Source: an uncultured Candidatus Saccharibacteria bacterium (GTDB lineage: Bacteria; Patescibacteriota; Minisyncoccia; Phycocordibacterales; UBA9973). From it: a stretch of 64,000 nucleotides of DNA. The stretch lies in assembly GCA_964599225.1 (NCBI GenBank), contig CAZRDO010000001.1, positions 15,153 to 79,152 of the forward strand, written 5' to 3'. Shown in pieces: positions 30,586 through 40,857 of this stretch (the stretch's first letter is position 1; every line of letters begins with the position of its first letter). Below the pieces are notes generated by a model. That model worked only from the letters and a program-made list of their open reading frames with translations. It had not been told where the DNA came from and searched no databases. Position numbers and translations under genes: made by a program.

Positions 30586-31767
30586 ATGTTTTTTGGAAGT
30601 AAAAAGAAAAATGGAAATTCAGATCTTAGACTTTCTATTGACTTAGGCTCTGGTTCAGTTGGAGCCGCGCTAAGTCACACCATAGTAAAAGATGGTAAGA
30701 CGAAAACTGAAATCCTTGCTAGCGTACGCAAGCCTGTTTTTTTCAAAGATGATTTAAATTTCCAGATTTTTCTCACGGGCATGATGAGCGCGCTCAAGCA
30801 GGCACTCACTGAAATCCATGACGTACATATTGGTACTCCATCGAGTATCTCAGTATTTCTTCGTGCTCCGTGGTATAGCGCACAAGTAAGGCGCGTTGTC
30901 TCTTCACGGGACATAGAGTTTTCTGTGACCCATAAACTATTAAATGAAATGCTTCGTCGCGAATCGGACATCTTTGAATCAGCTGCGAATGCGAAATATC
31001 AGGAACTGCATAATGCGCTCGAAACGATTGAAGAAAAGACGCTCAATGTCGAGCTCAATGGCTACCCTGTGAATCACCCAATTGGGGCACGTGCTAAATC
31101 ACTTGCCCTCACTTTTTATATTAGCGCTAGTCCCAAAATCGTTCTTGATACGATAACTGATACTGTGCGTGGAATTTTCCCACACAAAAAAATTGTATTC
31201 CATTCGTATCTACTCTCACTCTATGTACTCATTAGGGATTTCGTAGGTGCCCAGGAAGATTTCATATTCTTAGATATAGGTGCAGAAATCTCAGAAATTT
31301 CAATAATTAAAAGTGGAGTTCTGACCCAATCAGCGACATTTCCAATCGGTATACACAATATCGTACGAGCACTTATGGATGGGTATACGATTGGTTTTGA
31401 GTCGGCCTATTCGAAAATTAGAATGTATTCAGAAAAAGCACTTAGTCTTGATGAGCAAAACAAAATTTCTGGTATACTAAAGAGCGTAAATGAAAATTGG
31501 GTAAAGGAATTTAGTAACGGGCTGACGAGTCTCATGAAAAATGGAACAGTGCCAAGCATACTCTATCTTAGTGCAGACGAAGCAATACTTACTTGGAGTA
31601 AGGAGGTGATTGAAAATGAGGCATTCCATCGCTATACTGCTACTGACCGAGCTTTTGAGGTTATTCCGATCGCGACGAAACTATTTGCAGACCATATTCG
31701 ACTCAGTACTAATGTTGCCCGTGATCCATTTCTTGCCGCTGAAGTACTCTATCAAGCTACTAACTAA
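30586..31767 (+). CDS. Divergent FtsA/PilM-like actin-fold protein
   Basis: SIDLGSGSVGAAL and FLDIGAEISEISI phosphate-loop motifs, TFPIG; start 6 nt after TATAAT. Confidence 0.7.
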   Translation: MFFGSKKKNGNSDLRLSIDLGSGSVGAALSHTIVKDGKTKTEILASVRKPVFFKDDLNFQIFLTGMMSALKQALTEIHDVHIGTPSSISVFLRAPWYSAQVRRVVSSRDIEFSVTHKLLNEMLRRESDIFESAANAKYQELHNALETIEEKTLNVELNGYPVNHPIGARAKSLALTFYISASPKIVLDTITDTVRGIFPHKKIVFHSYLLSLYVLIRDFVGAQEDFIFLDIGAEISEISIIKSGVLTQSATFPIGIHNIVRALMDGYTIGFESAYSKIRMYSEKALSLDEQNKISGILKSVNENWVKEFSNGLTSLMKNGTVPSILYLSADEAILTWSKEVIENEAFHRYTATDRAFEVIPIATKLFADHIRLSTNVARDPFLAAEVLYQATN

Positions 31768-31775
31768 TTATTTAT

Positions 31776-33224
31776 ATGCCAAAAAATATTGAAGATATTA
31801 AACCACCGAAAAAAGAGCCATCAGCTTTCTTTCTAGAACTATCAAAAGCCAAAGCAGAGGCTGTAGGTAAGAAAACAACAAAAGCAACTGCTCGAGTTGA
31901 GGTAGAAAACGAAACTTCATTTGAGAGAAGTGAACCTAGACCAATGGCTGTTACTGCTCCGCAAGAAATTGATACAAGGGAATCACGCGTTTACTCACGT
32001 GAACCCGAGCCAGTTGTTACACGTTCATATAGAACACCAACGTCACGCCGATTTTTGTTCAGGAAACGTGTATGGGTCAGTGCAATAATCTCAGTGTGCG
32101 CTCTAGTCGCTGTACTCTCGATTGTTTTTTCGGGGACAAAGATTACGGTGACTCCAAAAGTTGCTGATTTCACTGTCAGTTCTTCGTACACGGCTTCAAA
32201 AGATAGTGTCACTAACTTATCATTTCAAGTTATGTCTCTAAAAGATACTAATACTGTTTCAGTGGCCAAAAGTGGCACTGCTACGGCTCCAACTAAATCG
32301 ACTGGCACAGTGGTACTTTATAATGCCTATAGTACAAGTCCACAAAACCTTTTAATAAATACTCGTCTCACACGGCCCGATGGCAAGATTTACTTTACTG
32401 ACAAGGCGCTTACTATTCCTGGATTCACAACAAAGGATACTGTTGTGACACCTGGATCTATTGAAGTAACGGTTACTGCTGAAAATTCAGGTGAAGCCTA
32501 TGATAGTGAAGCAACTGATTTCAAGATTCTCGGTTTCAAAGGTTCAGCAAAATACGACAAAATCTATGGTAGATCTAAAACTGCACTTACAGGTGGCACA
32601 AACGAGCTGCAAAATACTATTACGCTAGCAGAAGCAACTACCGCTTTTGAGCAAGCAAAAGGCGGGTTAAGAGACAAGCTTCTGGAAAAAGCGCGAGCAC
32701 AAATTCCTGCTGACTTCATACTCTACGATGATGGTGTCTTTATTACCACCGATACTTTGGCACCAAAGGTTTCCTCAAAAGAAGAGCAGATTCCGGTGGT
32801 TGCTAGTGGTACTCTCACGGCTATCTTCTTCTCAAAAGCTACCCTTACCAAAACAATCATGGAAGAACATTTGAAGGCTCCAGTTAATGCAACAGACATT
32901 CTTATAACAAATCTTGAATCACTTGAGTTTAAGATCCAGAACAAGCAATTAATTGATCCACTTACCGCTAAGAATATTACATTTAGTGCTTCAGGAGCTC
33001 CTCATGCACTCTGGCAGATTGATGAGACCAAAGTTAAAGAAGCACTCAGTGGCAAGCCCAAAAGTGAAGTGGGCACAATTTTGGAATCGTTCCCTGGTAT
33101 ACTTCATGCAAGAGTGACCATGCGACCGTTCTGGGCGACTAAATTACCTACTGATCCAAATGAAATTACATTAATTATTGAAAGTGACGGTATAGTACCC
33201 GATAAATCTGTTGACTCAGAGTAA
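31776..33224 (+). CDS. Bitopic membrane protein with extracellular baseplate-J-like beta domain
   Basis: Disordered N-tail, TM near aa 99-118, STGTVVLYN..Q.L..NTRL, G.AY, F.I.GF, GG motifs. Confidence 0.6.
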   Translation: MPKNIEDIKPPKKEPSAFFLELSKAKAEAVGKKTTKATARVEVENETSFERSEPRPMAVTAPQEIDTRESRVYSREPEPVVTRSYRTPTSRRFLFRKRVWVSAIISVCALVAVLSIVFSGTKITVTPKVADFTVSSSYTASKDSVTNLSFQVMSLKDTNTVSVAKSGTATAPTKSTGTVVLYNAYSTSPQNLLINTRLTRPDGKIYFTDKALTIPGFTTKDTVVTPGSIEVTVTAENSGEAYDSEATDFKILGFKGSAKYDKIYGRSKTALTGGTNELQNTITLAEATTAFEQAKGGLRDKLLEKARAQIPADFILYDDGVFITTDTLAPKVSSKEEQIPVVASGTLTAIFFSKATLTKTIMEEHLKAPVNATDILITNLESLEFKIQNKQLIDPLTAKNITFSASGAPHALWQIDETKVKEALSGKPKSEVGTILESFPGILHARVTMRPFWATKLPTDPNEITLIIESDGIVPDKSVDSE

Positions 33225-33253
33225 GATACCTGTTATATTTACTACGTCAATTC

Positions 33254-33475
33254 ATGCAAAACAATAATGAGAAAGAAGAAACAATCGTCGATGGACGAGT
33301 AGTGGAAGCACTTCCTAATACAATGTTTAGGGTAGAGCTTGCAGACGGTACTATCATTCTTACCTATTTAGCGGGACGCATGAGATTGCATAGAATCAAA
33401 GTATTAATAGGCGATAAGGTCCAAATTCTGCTTGATCCATATGGGGGCAAAGGTAGGGTTGTCAAACGTTTATAA
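33254..33475 (+). CDS. infA: Translation initiation factor IF-1
   Basis: GRVVEALPNTMFRVEL, GRMRLHRIKVLIGDKV. Confidence 0.96.
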   Translation: MQNNNEKEETIVDGRVVEALPNTMFRVELADGTIILTYLAGRMRLHRIKVLIGDKVQILLDPYGGKGRVVKRL

Positions 33476-33548
33476 ATACGTTATACTCTCTAGAAGTTTA
33501 GAGAGTACTAAGAAAGAGGTCATTCCTCTTCTTTGCGTGCGCTCTAAA
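33459..33548 (+). promoter_or_regulatory. Promoter and structured leader of the rpmJ-rpsM-rpsK-rpsD-rpoA operon
   Basis: TTGTCA-17-TATACT (33459-33487); stem-loop 33497-33548. Confidence 0.55.
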
Positions 33549-33558
33549 TACGACACTA

Positions 33559-33669
33559 ATGAAAATACGCTCAAGGATCAAAAAAATATGTGACAATTGC
33601 AAAATTGTGAAGCGCAAGCGTCATTTTCATGTCATTTGCTCAAATCCAAAACATAAACAAAAACAATAA
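33559..33669 (+). CDS. rpmJ: 50S ribosomal protein bL36 (not in ORF track)
   Basis: [36 protein letters not shown]. Confidence 0.95.
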   Translation: MKIRSRIKKICDNCKIVKRKRHFHVICSNPKHKQKQ

Positions 33670-33674
33670 TTTTC

Positions 33675-34055
33675 ATGAGACTTTTAGGTATCACAATTCC
33701 AGAAGGCAAGCGACTTGAGTACGGACTCACGGAGCTCTATGGTATTGGGCTCTCAACTTCAAGAAAGATTTTGGCAGATGCAAAGGTTGACTTTGCTTCA
33801 TTACCAAAAGATGTCTCAACTGAAGCGGAGAACAAGATCCGCAAAACAATTGAGACTATGAAGCTCGAAGGTACACTTAAACGTGAAGTCTCAGCTCATA
33901 TTAAACGTCTCAAGGATATCAAGAGCTACCGAGGCGTGCGTCATATGAAGAGACTTCCAGTCAGAGGCCAACGTACCAAAACAAACTCACGCACTATCCG
34001 AGGTAATGTCCGCAAAACAATGGCGAGCGGACGTCGTAAGCTTGAGAAAACATAA
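33675..34055 (+). CDS. rpsM: 30S ribosomal protein uS13
   Basis: LYGIG, YRGVRH..LPVRGQRTKTNSRT. Confidence 0.97.
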   Translation: MRLLGITIPEGKRLEYGLTELYGIGLSTSRKILADAKVDFASLPKDVSTEAENKIRKTIETMKLEGTLKREVSAHIKRLKDIKSYRGVRHMKRLPVRGQRTKTNSRTIRGNVRKTMASGRRKLEKT

Positions 34056-34081
34056 CATATAGATTTGTAATAATTATTCCA

Positions 34082-34519
34082 ATGGGTAAGAAAAAAATTA
34101 TAACTAAAGAAGAAGCAGGTGCTACTAGCGATGCAAAGAAAGATCCAGTAGTGTCTAAAAGCTCGAAGAAAAAAGTTACTTCGGGTACTTTGCATGTGGA
34201 AGCAACATTTAATAACACAAAGGTAGTACTTTCAGACCAAAAAGGTAATACCCTCGCTTGGTCCTCAGCTGGCTCACTGGGCTTTCGTGGAGCAAAGAAG
34301 GGTACTCCATTTGCAGCGTCAAAAGTTGCAGAAATCCTTGCAGAAAAAGCAGCCAATTTTGGAATTAAAGATGTCAATGTTGTCGTCAGAGGCGTTGGTT
34401 CAGGTCGCGAATCAACTATCCGCTCATTTATGGGACATGGGTTTGATGTCACAGGAATCGAAGATATTACCCCTGTGCCCCACAATGGTGTTAAGGCCAA
34501 AAAGCCACGTCGCGTCTAA
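34082..34519 (+). CDS. rpsK: 30S ribosomal protein uS11
   Basis: ATFNNT, WSSAG..GFRGAKKGTPFAA, DITPVPHNG. Confidence 0.97.
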   Translation: MGKKKIITKEEAGATSDAKKDPVVSKSSKKKVTSGTLHVEATFNNTKVVLSDQKGNTLAWSSAGSLGFRGAKKGTPFAASKVAEILAEKAANFGIKDVNVVVRGVGSGRESTIRSFMGHGFDVTGIEDITPVPHNGVKAKKPRRV

Positions 34520-34542
34520 TTTCAATTTTTTACATACATACT

Positions 34543-35145
34543 ATGAAACGATCACCACAATATAAAATCTGTAGACGTCTTGGACCGGGAGTGTTTGATA
34601 AATGTCAGACAACTAAGTTTGCCACGTCGACGACGGGTAAAAATAAAAAGTCCGGCTCACGACCTAAAGCTCTCTCTGACTACGCAGTACAGTTTCTTGA
34701 GAAACAGCGTGTCCGACTCACGTATGGTGTCACTGAGAGACAATTTTCAAATTATGTGAAGAAGGCTCAAACTGATGGAGGAAGTGCCGCAGAATCTCTC
34801 TACAAAGCACTTGAAACTCGCCTAGACAATGTCGTGTACAGACTTGGACTTGCTGCTTCACGTGCCCAAGCTCGCCAAATGGTTTCTCATGGACATTTCA
34901 CCGTTAATGGCACAAAAGTACGAGTTCCTTCCTATACCGTTAAGACTAATGATGTCATAGCAGTTCGACAGGGAAGTACAGGGAGTGCGCTATTTTCAGA
35001 ACTTGATAAGAAATTAAAGAACACTACAACTTCAGATTGGCTCGCGTTTGATATTGCAAAACTGGCTGCCACGCTCAAAGGCTATCCGAAGAATCCAGAA
35101 AGTAGTGCTGGTTTTAGTACTGTGCTTGAATTTTATAGTCGATAA
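34543..35145 (+). CDS. rpsD: 30S ribosomal protein uS4
   Basis: EKQRVR..YG..ERQF, LETRLDNVVYRLG, ARQMVSHGH, EFYSR. Confidence 0.97.
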   Translation: MKRSPQYKICRRLGPGVFDKCQTTKFATSTTGKNKKSGSRPKALSDYAVQFLEKQRVRLTYGVTERQFSNYVKKAQTDGGSAAESLYKALETRLDNVVYRLGLAASRAQARQMVSHGHFTVNGTKVRVPSYTVKTNDVIAVRQGSTGSALFSELDKKLKNTTTSDWLAFDIAKLAATLKGYPKNPESSAGFSTVLEFYSR

Positions 35146-35180
35146 TTTTAATAATTAAGTGAACAGATAGTGTTATATCT

Positions 35181-36167
35181 ATGAGCGATCAAAACATCAT
35201 TCTCCCATCAAAGCCACGCGTTATCTCAGAAGAGGACATGCGAGGCGTGTACGAAATCGATAGTCTCTATCCAGGATACGGATATACGATCGGTAATTCG
35301 TTGCGAAGAATTATTCTCTCATCTCTTCCGGGAGCGGCAATTACTATTGTTAAAATAGACAATGTTGCGCATGAATTTAGTACGATCGAAGGCGTGAAGG
35401 AGGACGTCGTATTACTTCTCCTTAACCTCAAAAAAGTTCGCTTTAAGCTCAACACAGAAGAACCACAGGAAGTCATGCTTACTGTGAAGGGAGCAAAGAC
35501 CGTGACTGCGGCTGATATTAAGACCACAGGCCAAGTTGAAGTACTCAATCCAGACCAATATATCTGTGAACTTACATCAAAGAGCGCTGAAATTTCAATC
35601 TCACTCCGTATTGAAAAAGGCCTTGGATTTGTACCAAAAGATCAACATCAGAAAGCTAAAGTTGAGATTGGTACTATTGCGCTCGATGCAATTTTCTCAC
35701 CAATTCGTCGCGTAAATTACGAAGTTGAAGATATGCGTGTCGGCGATAAAACTAACTTTAATCGACTCAGAATCCTCATTGAAACTGACGGTACACTTTC
35801 TCCACGATTCGCACTTGAAAGTGCAATTAAGATTATGGTAGAACAACTCCAGGCCATGCTTGATTTTCGTGTTGAGACCCCAGGATTCGGCGGACAAATT
35901 GATGCGAGTGATGCGCTTGATGAAGAATCAGCAAGTACAGATTCACCTGAACGCAAAGAAGAGCTCGCAGAGATTATGAAAACTCGACTCGATACACTTG
36001 AGCTCTCAACCCGAGTTATGAATGCACTCACGAATGCAAATATTAGAACACTCGGTGGCCTTGTTCGAAAGCGCAAGGAAGACTTGCTTGATATCGAAGG
36101 CATGGGTGAGAAAGGAGTTCAGGAACTCAAGCGTCTCTTATCAAATTACGGAATTACGTTAAAATAA
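35181..36167 (+). CDS. rpoA: RNA polymerase alpha subunit
   Basis: GYGYTIGNSLRRIILSSLPG, HEFSTIEGVKEDV, DAIFSPI, alpha-CTD. Confidence 0.98.
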   Translation: MSDQNIILPSKPRVISEEDMRGVYEIDSLYPGYGYTIGNSLRRIILSSLPGAAITIVKIDNVAHEFSTIEGVKEDVVLLLLNLKKVRFKLNTEEPQEVMLTVKGAKTVTAADIKTTGQVEVLNPDQYICELTSKSAEISISLRIEKGLGFVPKDQHQKAKVEIGTIALDAIFSPIRRVNYEVEDMRVGDKTNFNRLRILIETDGTLSPRFALESAIKIMVEQLQAMLDFRVETPGFGGQIDASDALDEESASTDSPERKEELAEIMKTRLDTLELSTRVMNALTNANIRTLGGLVRKRKEDLLDIEGMGEKGVQELKRLLSNYGITLK

Positions 36168-36203
36168 CTCGTAATTTGAAATTCATAATTCGTAACTAAT
36201 TAT

Positions 36204-36557
36204 ATGCGTCACAGTAATGTAAACAGAAAATTCGGCCGACCAGCAAATCAGCGACGTGCACTTCTTCGTGCGCTAGCCCTTTCACTTTTTGAACGTGGCA
36301 AAATTACTACAACACTTGCTAAAGCTAAAGAGCTTCGTCCATATGCAGAGAAGCTTTTGACACTTGGCAAACGAGGTACACCTGCAGCGCGCAAACTACT
36401 TGCATCACGCCTTTATAATAATCGCGAGATCGTGAAGAAACTCTGTGATGATATTGCACCAAAGTATGCCGATCGTGCTGGTGGATACACACGAGTTACG
36501 AAGCTTACTCGACGCCTTTCTGACGGATCAGCGATGGCTGTTATTGAATTTGTATAG
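36204..36557 (+). CDS. rplQ: 50S ribosomal protein bL17
   Basis: MRH..RKFGR, ITTTLAKAKELR, R.GGYTR. Confidence 0.97.
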   Translation: MRHSNVNRKFGRPANQRRALLRALALSLFERGKITTTLAKAKELRPYAEKLLTLGKRGTPAARKLLASRLYNNREIVKKLCDDIAPKYADRAGGYTRVTKLTRRLSDGSAMAVIEFV

Positions 36558-36574
36558 ACACTAATTACACTACT

Positions 36575-36925
36575 ATGACTACTACTTACACAATTGATGC
36601 AACAGGAAAAGCGCTTGGCCGTGTCGCGAGCGAGGCTGCTAAAATGCTTATGGGCAAAACACTACCTTCGTACCGAACTAACACTGTCCCAACAACTACA
36701 GTGACGGTAACTAACGTTAAGCTTCTTAAGCTGACGGAGAAGAAGCTGCAAGACACTTCACATGCAAGGTATTCAGGTTATCCAGGAGGACTCAAATATA
36801 CTACCTATGCTAAGACTATTGAGAAAGCTGGACACCAAGCGCTCCTCCTCAAAGCTATTAGTGGCATGATCCCGAAGAATAAACTTCATAAAGAAATTCT
36901 TAGTCATCTTAAAATTAGCGAATAA
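36575..36925 (+). CDS. rplM: 50S ribosomal protein uL13 (short)
   Basis: [30 protein letters not shown]. Confidence 0.93.
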   Translation: MTTTYTIDATGKALGRVASEAAKMLMGKTLPSYRTNTVPTTTVTVTNVKLLKLTEKKLQDTSHARYSGYPGGLKYTTYAKTIEKAGHQALLLKAISGMIPKNKLHKEILSHLKISE

Positions 36926-36927
36926 GT

Positions 36928-37329
36928 ATGTCAGCAACTACAAAATACATCGAAACAATCGGACGACGCAAAACTGCCACAGCTCGTGTACGTCTTGAGA
37001 AAGCCAAAGATTTTAAAATTACAATAAACGGTAAGTCACTCAACGAATATTTCAAAACTGAAACAGAGCGAAACTCAATCAAGGAACCTTTTGACAAAGC
37101 TGGTATTGATTCTCACTATACTATTTCTGTTGTAGTGCAAGGTGGGGGACTCATGTCACAGTCGGGAGCGGTTCGCCATGGTATCTCACGCGCGCTTATC
37201 ACGCTTGATGAAGAACTCCGTGGAGCACTCAAGAAATCAGGACTTCTCAAACGTGACCCTCGTGTGAAAGAGCGCCGCAAGTTCGGTCTCAAAAAAGCTC
37301 GCAAGGCTCCACAGTGGTCAAAACGTTAA
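36928..37329 (+). CDS. rpsI: 30S ribosomal protein uS9
   Basis: [43 protein letters not shown]. Confidence 0.97.
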   Translation: MSATTKYIETIGRRKTATARVRLEKAKDFKITINGKSLNEYFKTETERNSIKEPFDKAGIDSHYTISVVVQGGGLMSQSGAVRHGISRALITLDEELRGALKKSGLLKRDPRVKERRKFGLKKARKAPQWSKR

Positions 37330-37337
37330 CACGCCAC

Positions 37338-37366
37338 ACAAAATCCCGCTCCAAGCGGTTTTTTGT
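37338..37366 (+). terminator. Terminator of ribosomal protein operon
   Basis: CCGCT-cca-AGCGG followed by T run. Confidence 0.6.
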
Positions 37367-37402
37367 TGTATTGAAGAGAGATATTTGTATAATAGACATA
37401 CA

Positions 37403-37981
37403 ATGAAAGATGAAGATACAAAAAATGAATTAAATCCTGAGGAAGATGACGATGTGGTTGAATTAGTCTTTAATGACGACGGGGAGGAAGATCTCAAAGC
37501 GACACTGAAGAAATTCAGAGCTGATCTAAAGGCTTGTCGTAAAGAGAAGGAAGAATATCTGGCTCAACTTCAGCGTGAACGGGCAGATTTCATAAACTAT
37601 AAAAAGGAAGAGGACTCACGATTTAAGCGAAGCATTGAATACAATCAAGAGCGCTTTATCAGTGATCTTCTTCCTGTGCTTGATTCATATGATATGGCTT
37701 TCTCGAACAAAGAAGCCTGGGAGAAAGTAGATAAGAATTGGCGCATGGGCGTGGAGTATATTCACCAGCAAATTTTGAAAGTACTCGCTGAGTATGGCGT
37801 CACACCAATTGAAGTAAAAATAGGGGACGCTTTTGACCATAATATTCACGAACCGATTGAAAATACTGAAACTGCTGATGTCTCACAGAGTAATACAATA
37901 TCAGAAATTACACAGTCAGGTTATAAAGTAGGAGAACGGGTACTTCGTCCTGCCAGAGTAAAAGTTTACAAGAGTACTTAG
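37403..37981 (+). CDS. grpE: Nucleotide exchange factor GrpE
   Basis: [25 protein letters not shown]...RVLRPARV. Confidence 0.93.
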   Translation: MKDEDTKNELNPEEDDDVVELVFNDDGEEDLKATLKKFRADLKACRKEKEEYLAQLQRERADFINYKKEEDSRFKRSIEYNQERFISDLLPVLDSYDMAFSNKEAWEKVDKNWRMGVEYIHQQILKVLAEYGVTPIEVKIGDAFDHNIHEPIENTETADVSQSNTISEITQSGYKVGERVLRPARVKVYKST

Positions 37982-38505
37982 CTGAAGAAGGTCTTTGAGA
38001 GCCCAGTTAGGGTCTCAGAATCAACAGTGCTTGATAGGATAATTATCATTTCCGATGATAACCCCAGATCTCTTTTTATGTTTTCAAACAAATGTTCATA
38101 AGGGTATGGAGAAATCCAGACAGAATTTTTAAGCATCACAAAACCAGCCTTTTTAAGTAAATAGCGAAGGCTTTCACGTTCATCTTTTCGACTCTCAGGT
38201 AGATCTAAGAGTATAATCCGCCATTTACCATCCCATTCATTCAAAAGTGAATTCTTAGTCGTAAGTTTAAGGCTATTGGCTTTAACTCGGCCAGTTTTAG
38301 AAAGTCTGGCATATTCATTTTGACCTGATGATATCGACTCAATTAAGCCGGAGTCAGTAAGATTTGAAAGTGAGCGATTTATAGCATAAACCTGCTTCTG
38401 CGTTGGCTTTTGTACTACTTTTTTGACCAAGGTAGGCAAAGAAACAGCCCTGCTTTCGGAGAGGATTTTTATGATTTCCTTTGAAATTTCAGGCTTTTTC
38501 TTCAT
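37978..38505 (-). CDS. PaaX-like transcriptional regulator (wHTH plus Cas2-like central domain)
   Basis: LS.TGR then WDGKWRIILLDLPE..K..R..LR..L...GF..L..SVWISPY. Confidence 0.8.
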   Translation of the reverse strand: MKKKPEISKEIIKILSESRAVSLPTLVKKVVQKPTQKQVYAINRSLSNLTDSGLIESISSGQNEYARLSKTGRVKANSLKLTTKNSLLNEWDGKWRIILLDLPESRKDERESLRYLLKKAGFVMLKNSVWISPYPYEHLFENIKRDLGLSSEMIIILSSTVDSETLTGLSKTFFS

Positions 38506-38509
38506 ATAT

Positions 38510-38571
38510 TTGACAGTTTATCACACATGACTATAATATCAACATCTATTTAGCGGTCGCGAAATAGATGT
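38510..38571 (+). promoter_or_regulatory. Promoter for the 38610-dnaK operon with a palindromic operator
   Basis: TTGACA-16-TATAAT (38510-38537); ACATCTATTT-N10-AAATAGATGT (38542-38571). Confidence 0.65.
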
Positions 38572-38609
38572 ATAATACCTTATAAAATTACTAATTAAGA
38601 ACAAATACT

Positions 38610-38885
38610 ATGGTAGATCCAAAAAAAGTAGATTTTAATCAATTACCTAAGAAATTCTGTGATGGAGCACTTGGGGCATTTAGTAAGGAAGCGATAATGT
38701 TTTGTATGACATCAGGTAATAACCTAGACCCATACGCTACGACGCCACAAGTTGCTAAAAGTATCGCATTATTTTTCACACGACAGATAGAAAATTACGA
38801 GAAGCAGTTTGGAGTAATCGATACAACGCCAGCATCTATACCAAGTCCACTCCAATCATCAGATTTTGAAGATAAAAATAAATAA
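38610..38885 (+). CDS. Hypothetical protein (DUF3467-like) upstream of dnaK
   Basis: P..AK.I...F...I.NYEKQFG.I C-terminal pattern. Confidence 0.6.
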   Translation: MVDPKKVDFNQLPKKFCDGALGAFSKEAIMFCMTSGNNLDPYATTPQVAKSIALFFTRQIENYEKQFGVIDTTPASIPSPLQSSDFEDKNK

Positions 38886-38908
38886 TTATTAATTAAAATA
38901 TAATATAT

Positions 38909-40807
38909 ATGTCAAAAATAATTGGAATCGATTTAGGAACCACCAACTCAGCATTCGCAATTGTTGAAGGTGGACAGCCAAAAATAATTGAAAACATCGA
39001 GGGTAACCGTACGACACCTTCAGTACTAGCTATTACTAAAACTGGCGATCGCCTCGTTGGACTTCTGGCCAAGCGACAAGCGGTTACCAACCCACTTAAT
39101 ACAATTTACGAGATTAAGCGCTTCATGGGTCATCGCTTTTCTGATCCAGATGTTCAGAAGGATATCAAAAACCTGCCATACAAGGTTCGCGAAGGCTCTG
39201 ATGGAGGTGTTGAAGTTGAGATCATGGAGAAGTGGTATAGGCCAGAGGAAATTTCAGCTATGATTCTTCAGAAAATAAAGGCTGACGCTGAAGCAAAGCT
39301 CGGTGAGAAAGTGACTGAAGCAGTCATTACAGTGCCTGCGTATTTCAATGATGCCCAGCGCAAAGCTACCAAAGATGCCGGCGCCATTGCCGGTCTTGAT
39401 GTCAAACGTATCATTAACGAACCGACTGCAGCCGCATTGGCTTATGGGCTCAACTCAAGAAAGAATGACAAAATTGTTGTCTATGACTTGGGTGGCGGAA
39501 CCTTTGATGTCTCAGTGCTTGAAGTTGGTGATGATGTCATTGAAGTCAAATCTACCGATGGTGACGTACATCTCGGTGGAAGTGATTTTGATCGTGTCAT
39601 CATGAACTGGATTGCTGATGAATTCAAGAAAGAATCAGGTATTGATGTGACCAAGGATACACTTGCGCTTCAGCGCTTAAAAGAAGCTGCTGAGAAAGCC
39701 AAGCATGAGCTCTCAACTGTTCCAGAAACTGAAATCAATATTCCGTTTATCACGAGTGATGCTTCTGGCCCTCGCCACTTACTCTTGAAACTAAGTCGCG
39801 CAACACTTGAGTCTCTCACAAAGGAATTTATTGATCGCTCAATTGAAATTCTCGGCCGCGCCATTAACGCCTCAGGATTTACCAAAACTGATATAAACGA
39901 CATTATTCTTGTTGGAGGTCAGACACGAATGCCAGCAGTGTTTGAAGCAGTGAAATCATTCTTTGGCAAAGAGCCAAACCGCACGATTAATCCTGACGAA
40001 GTCGTCGCTCTTGGAGCAGCAACGCAAGGAGGTGTGCTGAAGGGTGAAGTGCGCGATATCTTGCTCCTTGATGTCATTCCACTCTCACTCGGTATTGAAA
40101 CCCTTGGCTCAGTGGCAACCAAACTTATCGAACGTAATACCACAATCCCTACAGCACGCTCCCAAACATTCTCAACTGCTGCTGATAACCAGACAAGTGT
40201 CGATATTCATATTGTGCAAGGGGAGCGTCCGATGGCTTCTGACAACAAATCACTTGGACGATTTATCCTTGATGGTATCCCGCCATCCCCACGAGGCATT
40301 CCACAAATTGAGGTTACGTTCGATGTTGATGCCAATGGTATCCTCTCTGTGACTGCTAAGGATAAAGCCTCGGGCAAGAGCCAATCTATTCGTATTGAAG
40401 CAACCTCTGGTTTAACAGACGCTGACATTAAGCGTATGCAAGACGAAGCGGCAACACATGCGTCTGAAGATGCTAAAAAGAAAGAAGTTGCAGAAGTCAA
40501 AAACACTGCTGAGATGACCCTCTATACTGCAGAGAAGGCACTCAAAGATAACGAATCAAAACTGCCAGAGGATCTCAAAACTTCTGTAAATGAGAAAATG
40601 ACTGCGCTTAGAGGAGTGAAAGATGGTCAGGATATGGAGGCAATTAAAACTGCCACAATGAACCTTTCAACTGAGATGTCAAAAATGGGTGAAGCTATGG
40701 CAAAAACTGGAGGTACTAATGAGACACCAGCAGGAGATGCTCAAGCCCCTGAGGAACAGGGGCCAGAGATCAAAGACGCTGAAACAGGGGAAGCGCCAAA
40801 AAGCTAG
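38909..40807 (+). CDS. dnaK: Chaperone DnaK (Hsp70)
   Basis: [46 protein letters not shown]. Confidence 0.99.
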   Translation: MSKIIGIDLGTTNSAFAIVEGGQPKIIENIEGNRTTPSVLAITKTGDRLVGLLAKRQAVTNPLNTIYEIKRFMGHRFSDPDVQKDIKNLPYKVREGSDGGVEVEIMEKWYRPEEISAMILQKIKADAEAKLGEKVTEAVITVPAYFNDAQRKATKDAGAIAGLDVKRIINEPTAAALAYGLNSRKNDKIVVYDLGGGTFDVSVLEVGDDVIEVKSTDGDVHLGGSDFDRVIMNWIADEFKKESGIDVTKDTLALQRLKEAAEKAKHELSTVPETEINIPFITSDASGPRHLLLKLSRATLESLTKEFIDRSIEILGRAINASGFTKTDINDIILVGGQTRMPAVFEAVKSFFGKEPNRTINPDEVVALGAATQGGVLKGEVRDILLLDVIPLSLGIETLGSVATKLIERNTTIPTARSQTFSTAADNQTSVDIHIVQGERPMASDNKSLGRFILDGIPPSPRGIPQIEVTFDVDANGILSVTAKDKASGKSQSIRIEATSGLTDADIKRMQDEAATHASEDAKKKEVAEVKNTAEMTLYTAEKALKDNESKLPEDLKTSVNEKMTALRGVKDGQDMEAIKTATMNLSTEMSKMGEAMAKTGGTNETPAGDAQAPEEQGPEIKDAETGEAPKS

Positions 40808-40825
40808 TTATCTGTATTGAAAAAT

Positions 40826-40857
40826 AAAAGACGCGGGCTATGTAGCCTGCGTTTTTT
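40826..40857. terminator. Bidirectional terminator after dnaK
   Basis: A run, ACGCGGGCTA-tg-TAGCCTGCGT, T run. Confidence 0.75.

Noticed and set aside
31776-33224. Prophage inferred from the baseplate-J-like domain
   Set aside because: The protein is membrane-anchored and flanked by alaS and infA; no phage structural or integrase genes
37978-38505. Cas2-like motif suggesting a CRISPR-Cas locus
   Set aside because: No repeat-spacer array or other cas genes seen; the N-terminal wHTH plus WDGKW pattern fits PaaX-like regulators
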